This document shows, piece by piece, positions 60,670 to 64,000 of a DNA stretch of 64,000 nt. The notes under the pieces are model-generated. The model had not been told where the DNA came from and ran no database searches. It worked only from the letters and a program-made list of their open reading frames with translations. The stretch's first letter is position 1, and each line of letters starts with the position of its first letter. Origin of the DNA: Candidatus Levyibacteriota bacterium (GTDB taxonomy: Bacteria; Patescibacteriota; Microgenomatia; Levybacterales; UBA12049). The stretch covers positions 26,774 through 90,773 of the forward strand of contig SIBS01000002.1 in the NCBI GenBank assembly GCA_009695045.1, written 5' to 3'. Made by a program: the position numbers and the translations under genes.

Positions 60670-61998
60670 TTATAATATTTTTTTTCCTGTTAATATTTTT
60701 CTAACTTCTAACATCGCAGAATAAGTTGGAAGAATATAAATAATCTCATTATCTGGTATTTTATTTAATAGAATTTTTATAGTATTTTTAATATTTTTAT
60801 TAGTTATAATATTACCAATGTTTGGTTGTAGATATTTTAAGCGAAGTGACATATCATAACATCTGTCTCCTGAAGTATATATATTCATAGAATCATTTAA
60901 ATAAATTTCAAAATCAACATCCCAAATCCATGAAATATCTCTACCATCTGGGATTTGATTATTAAGCACAAAAAGGATATGCTTTCCACCTAAATCTCTT
61001 ATAGTAGAAAGCGATTGATTCATACTAGTTGGATTTTTAGATAAAAATAATTGTATTTTTTTCCCTTCAATTATAATTACCTCTTGCCTACCAAAGGCTG
61101 GTTTAAATTTTTTAAGTGTAGAATTTATTTTTTTAGATTCAATTCCAAGTATTTTTGCTGATAGGACAGCCGCATTGGTATTATATTGGTTATAAATTCC
61201 ATTAAGTGGATATATTAATGAGGTTGATGTGTCAAGATCAGGTCTTTTGAGATTACATTTGCTACAGTTCCAATTTCCGATATGGGAATAATAAATAGTT
61301 TTATAGTTTAATTTTGTTTCGCAGCGTGGACAATAGGTTGAATCAGATGCATGTTGAAGTAAATCAATAGAAAGTTTTGGATTATCTAATCCAAAATAAA
61401 ATATTTTTTTCTCTGATTTATCATTAATAGCATGATTTTTAATAAAGATAGACATTCCAAGCCATGCAATTCTTGGATCATCCGCATTTAAAATAATTTT
61501 TGTATTTGATGATATATTCTCTAGGGTTGTGCTCCATTTTTTTGCTATACTATTTACTTCTCCATATCGATCTAATTGATCTCGAAACAGATTTAGAAAT
61601 ATCAATTGATGTGGAATTATAAACTGAAGAATAATTGATAAAGAATTTTCATCTATTTCAAATATTGCAAATTTTGCTGAGATTTCTCCATTGATATTTG
61701 AATTAAGCAAAAGAGTGGAAGCAATACCATTTAGAAGATTAGCTCCAGACATATTTTGTAAAACTTTTGATCCATTATCGCTTATTATATTTGCAATAAG
61801 AGATGACGTAGTAGTTTTACCATTAGTACCCGCTATGATAATTACTTTTAATTGTCTATTACTATCAATCAATTCTTTTATAAAATTTTTATTTATTTTT
61901 AGAGCAATATGGCCTGGCCAAGTTGAGCCATTGCCTAGATTTAAATTTTTGCTTATGATTGAAATTAATTTACAAATGAGAATAATACATGAATTCAT
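60670..61998 (-). CDS. murT: Lipid II isoglutaminyl synthase ligase subunit MurT (Mur-ligase family with Cys4 zinc ribbon and DUF1727)
   Basis: Mur-ligase P-loop IIAGTNGKTTTSS; MurT-specific zinc ribbon CPRCETKLNYKTIYYSHIGNWNCSKC; N-terminus GNGSTWPGHIALKI. Confidence 0.8.
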   Translation of the reverse strand: MNSCIILICKLISIISKNLNLGNGSTWPGHIALKINKNFIKELIDSNRQLKVIIIAGTNGKTTTSSLIANIISDNGSKVLQNMSGANLLNGIASTLLLNSNINGEISAKFAIFEIDENSLSIILQFIIPHQLIFLNLFRDQLDRYGEVNSIAKKWSTTLENISSNTKIILNADDPRIAWLGMSIFIKNHAINDKSEKKIFYFGLDNPKLSIDLLQHASDSTYCPRCETKLNYKTIYYSHIGNWNCSKCNLKRPDLDTSTSLIYPLNGIYNQYNTNAAVLSAKILGIESKKINSTLKKFKPAFGRQEVIIIEGKKIQLFLSKNPTSMNQSLSTIRDLGGKHILFVLNNQIPDGRDISWIWDVDFEIYLNDSMNIYTSGDRCYDMSLRLKYLQPNIGNIITNKNIKNTIKILLNKIPDNEIIYILPTYSAMLEVRKILTGKKIL

Positions 61999-62023
61999 TT
62001 TTAATTAGAATTTATTAATTAAA

Positions 62024-62941
62024 CTACATTGATCGAAGTAATTTAATTCTTTCTTCAATTGGTGGATGAGTATTAAAAAGTCCTGAAACCCAAGTACTTA
62101 CCCCTTTCCCCTTAAATGGATTAGCAATAAATAAATGAGCTGTTGCATTATTTGCAACTTCAAGTGGTTCTCTATCTTTTCCAATTTTTTCCAAAGCAGA
62201 GGCTAGGCCTTCGGGATATCGTGTAAGTAAGGCAGCGGATGCATCTGCAAGTAATTCTCTTTTTCGTGAAACAGCAAGTTGTATTAGTGTTGCAATAATT
62301 GGTGAAATAATTGCTAATGCAATTCCTATCACTATAAAAATAGTACTGGAATTTTTATTATCATCACTATTTCTGTACCATAAGCTACGCATAAAAAAAT
62401 CTGTGAGTAAAGTAATTAATCCTACTAATACTACTACGATAGACATTACTCGAATATCATAATTTTTTATATGAGATAATTCATGAGCAATTACCCCTTC
62501 AAGCTCAGATTTATTGAGTTTTTCTAATAAACCTGATGTTATGCACATAACTGCATGTTGAGGATCTCTTCCTGTTGCGAATGCATTTGGTGCCGTATCA
62601 TTGATAATATATAATTTTGGCATAAGAGTCCCACTGCCGATGCAAAGATTCTCTACAATACGATAAAGTTGAGGATATTGAGATTTAGAAATTGTTTTAG
62701 CATGTGACATTGAGAGAATTAACTTATCGGAATAGAAATAGCTAGAAAAACTCATAATCCCAGAAAAAATAAAAGCTACTCCTACCATAGATAATCCGTA
62801 GCCAGATGCTTTTCCAAATATATAGGATAGGATGGTTATAAAAAATATAAAAAGTATAATTATTAACCATGTTTTATTTTTATTAACACTTATATTTGAA
62901 TAAATAGACATAATTATATTATTTGCTTTAAACAGATACAC
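62024..62941 (-). CDS. htpX: M48-family membrane zinc metalloprotease HtpX
   Basis: HELSH zinc motif (VIAHELSHIKNYD), four TM segments, and a downstream ELLADA Glu ligand. Confidence 0.88.
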   Translation of the reverse strand: MYLFKANNIIMSIYSNISVNKNKTWLIIILFIFFITILSYIFGKASGYGLSMVGVAFIFSGIMSFSSYFYSDKLILSMSHAKTISKSQYPQLYRIVENLCIGSGTLMPKLYIINDTAPNAFATGRDPQHAVMCITSGLLEKLNKSELEGVIAHELSHIKNYDIRVMSIVVVLVGLITLLTDFFMRSLWYRNSDDNKNSSTIFIVIGIALAIISPIIATLIQLAVSRKRELLADASAALLTRYPEGLASALEKIGKDREPLEVANNATAHLFIANPFKGKGVSTWVSGLFNTHPPIEERIKLLRSM

Positions 62942-62991
62942 TATAAAAAGATTTTTAAATCTTATCTATAGTGTATCACCGAAAAAATTAC

Positions 62992-63543
62992 TTAAAATTT
63001 TATCTTAATTGGTTCTCTTTCTGTTTCATTTGTAGCGAAAAATTCTCTTTCTTTAAAACCAAAAAATTGGCTAAGAAAATTAGTTGGAAATGAAACAAGA
63101 GCGGTATTGTAATCTCTAACATTTGAATTACAGAATTGTCTCGCATAAGCAATCTTATTTTCCGTATCAGAAAGTTCATCTTGTAGATGCAGAAAATTTT
63201 CATTTGCTTTAAGATTTGGATAATTCTCAGAAACTGCAAAAAGAGTTTTTAGTGCATTACTAACGGTATCATTTGATGCAGCTTTTTCTTGAACTGTATC
63301 TGCTTTCATAAGTGAGGTGCGAGCCTTAGTGAGATTTTCAAGAAGTTCCTTTTCGTGCTTTGCATATCCTTTTACTGTTTCTATAAGATTTGGAATAAGA
63401 TCAACCCGTCTTTTTAGTTGCACATCAATTCCACTAAGTGCTTCATTAATTCTAACCCCTCCCGTTACGAGTGAATTATACATAGACCAAATATAAAATG
63501 AAATAATAACTCCTATAATTAGAATAATAATTTGTATTGGCAT
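62992..63543 (-). CDS. lemA: LemA-family protein
   Basis: N-terminal TM plus YNSLVTGGVRINEALSGIDVQLKRRVDLIPNLIETVKGYAKHE matches the LemA signature (YNxLVxxxxxVxxAWSxIDVQLKRRxDLIPNLVxTVKGYAxHE). Confidence 0.88.
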   Translation of the reverse strand: MPIQIIILIIGVIISFYIWSMYNSLVTGGVRINEALSGIDVQLKRRVDLIPNLIETVKGYAKHEKELLENLTKARTSLMKADTVQEKAASNDTVSNALKTLFAVSENYPNLKANENFLHLQDELSDTENKIAYARQFCNSNVRDYNTALVSFPTNFLSQFFGFKEREFFATNETEREPIKIKF

Positions 63544-63559
63544 ATTCTTACCTCCTTCC

Positions 63560-64000
63560 TTATTTATTTTTTATCCATTTAATAAAATTATCATAATTTA
63601 ATGTGTTTAGAATATCTTTACTTTCTGCCCATCCTCTTCTAGCAACTGAGACTCCATATCTCATCTGATTCATTTGTGATACATCATGACTATCTGTGTT
63701 TATTATCATTTTAACGCCATGCGATATTGCCTCTTTTATAATTATATCAGGTAAGTCAAGTCTTTTTATTGATCCGTTTATTTCAAGAGCTTTATTATTA
63801 TCTTTAGAAAATAAAAAAAGTTTTTCAAAATTTACATCATATCCATTTCTTTCATTAAGTAATCTTCCTGTTGGGTGAGAAAATATTTTTGCTTTTGGGT
63901 GAGAAAAACCATTTAATATTCTTTTTGTCATTATATCTTTTTGCATGCCAAAGGAGCTATGTATTGATATAAGGACTGCATCAACTAATTCTAAACTTTT
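63560..64000 (-). CDS. PHP-domain phosphoesterase (histidinol-phosphatase-like), N-terminus beyond the window
   Basis: The reading frame stays open to the window edge (…KSLELVDAVLISIHSSFGMQKD…). PHP motifs ISIHSSF and NTDSHDV are present. Confidence 0.6.
   Translation of the reverse strand, partial: KSLELVDAVLISIHSSFGMQKDIMTKRILNGFSHPKAKIFSHPTGRLLNERNGYDVNFEKLFLFSKDNNKALEINGSIKRLDLPDIIIKEAISHGVKMIINTDSHDVSQMNQMRYGVSVARRGWAESKDILNTLNYDNFIKWIKNK

Overview
The window is AT-rich (roughly 70-75% A+T), tightly packed, and uses the standard genetic code. Many gene pairs overlap as ATGA or by short stretches. Minimal enzyme versions, split or fused genes, a compact dcw cluster and an extended L21 point to a small-genome, low-GC bacterium, perhaps of the CPR/Patescibacteria group; this is inference only.

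Gene content by region:
- 1-19.1 kb, + strand: a nearly uninterrupted cell-wall/division 'super-operon'. Order is murE (5' truncated at the edge), murC, murB, murA, glmU as two ORFs (nucleotidyltransferase then hexapeptide acetyltransferase), a small HAD hydrolase, glmS, an alpha/beta hydrolase, murF with an N-terminal 5-TM anchor, a DegT-family aminotransferase, a FemABX peptidyltransferase, mraY, ftsW, murG, a minimal FtsQ-like protein, ftsA and ftsZ.
- 19.1-26.7 kb: an accessory region. It holds a ~1 kb non-coding gap with a methyltransferase remnant, then a cell-wall remodelling set (VanW-like, L,D-transpeptidase, acyltransferase-3, polysaccharide deacetylase). A DUF45/YgjP metallohydrolase, a PolB-like 3'-5' exonuclease and a decayed Fic gene with four in-frame stop codons lie alongside.
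- 26.7-33 kb: ileS, a second SEDS gene (rodA-like), rplU, rpmA, parB, lepB and tRNA-Val.
- 33-44.3 kb: a surface-glycan or protein-glycosylation cluster. It contains GT4 and GT2 enzymes, a Wzx-like flippase, a GT2 fused to a GT-C membrane domain, a second PMT/ArnT-like GT-C protein, a Wzy_C/PglL-like protein and an Ig-repeat surface protein, and ends at tRNA-Thr.
- 44.3-64 kb, minus strand: pyrE, pyrF, cspA, pyrD, the F1Fo ATP synthase operon (atpBEF-H-AGDC with a truncated delta), dnaE, gatCAB, the murT/gatD lipid II amidation pair, htpX, lemA, and a PHP-domain gene truncated at the window end.

No CRISPR array, no recognisable transposase or integrase, and no rRNA gene were seen.
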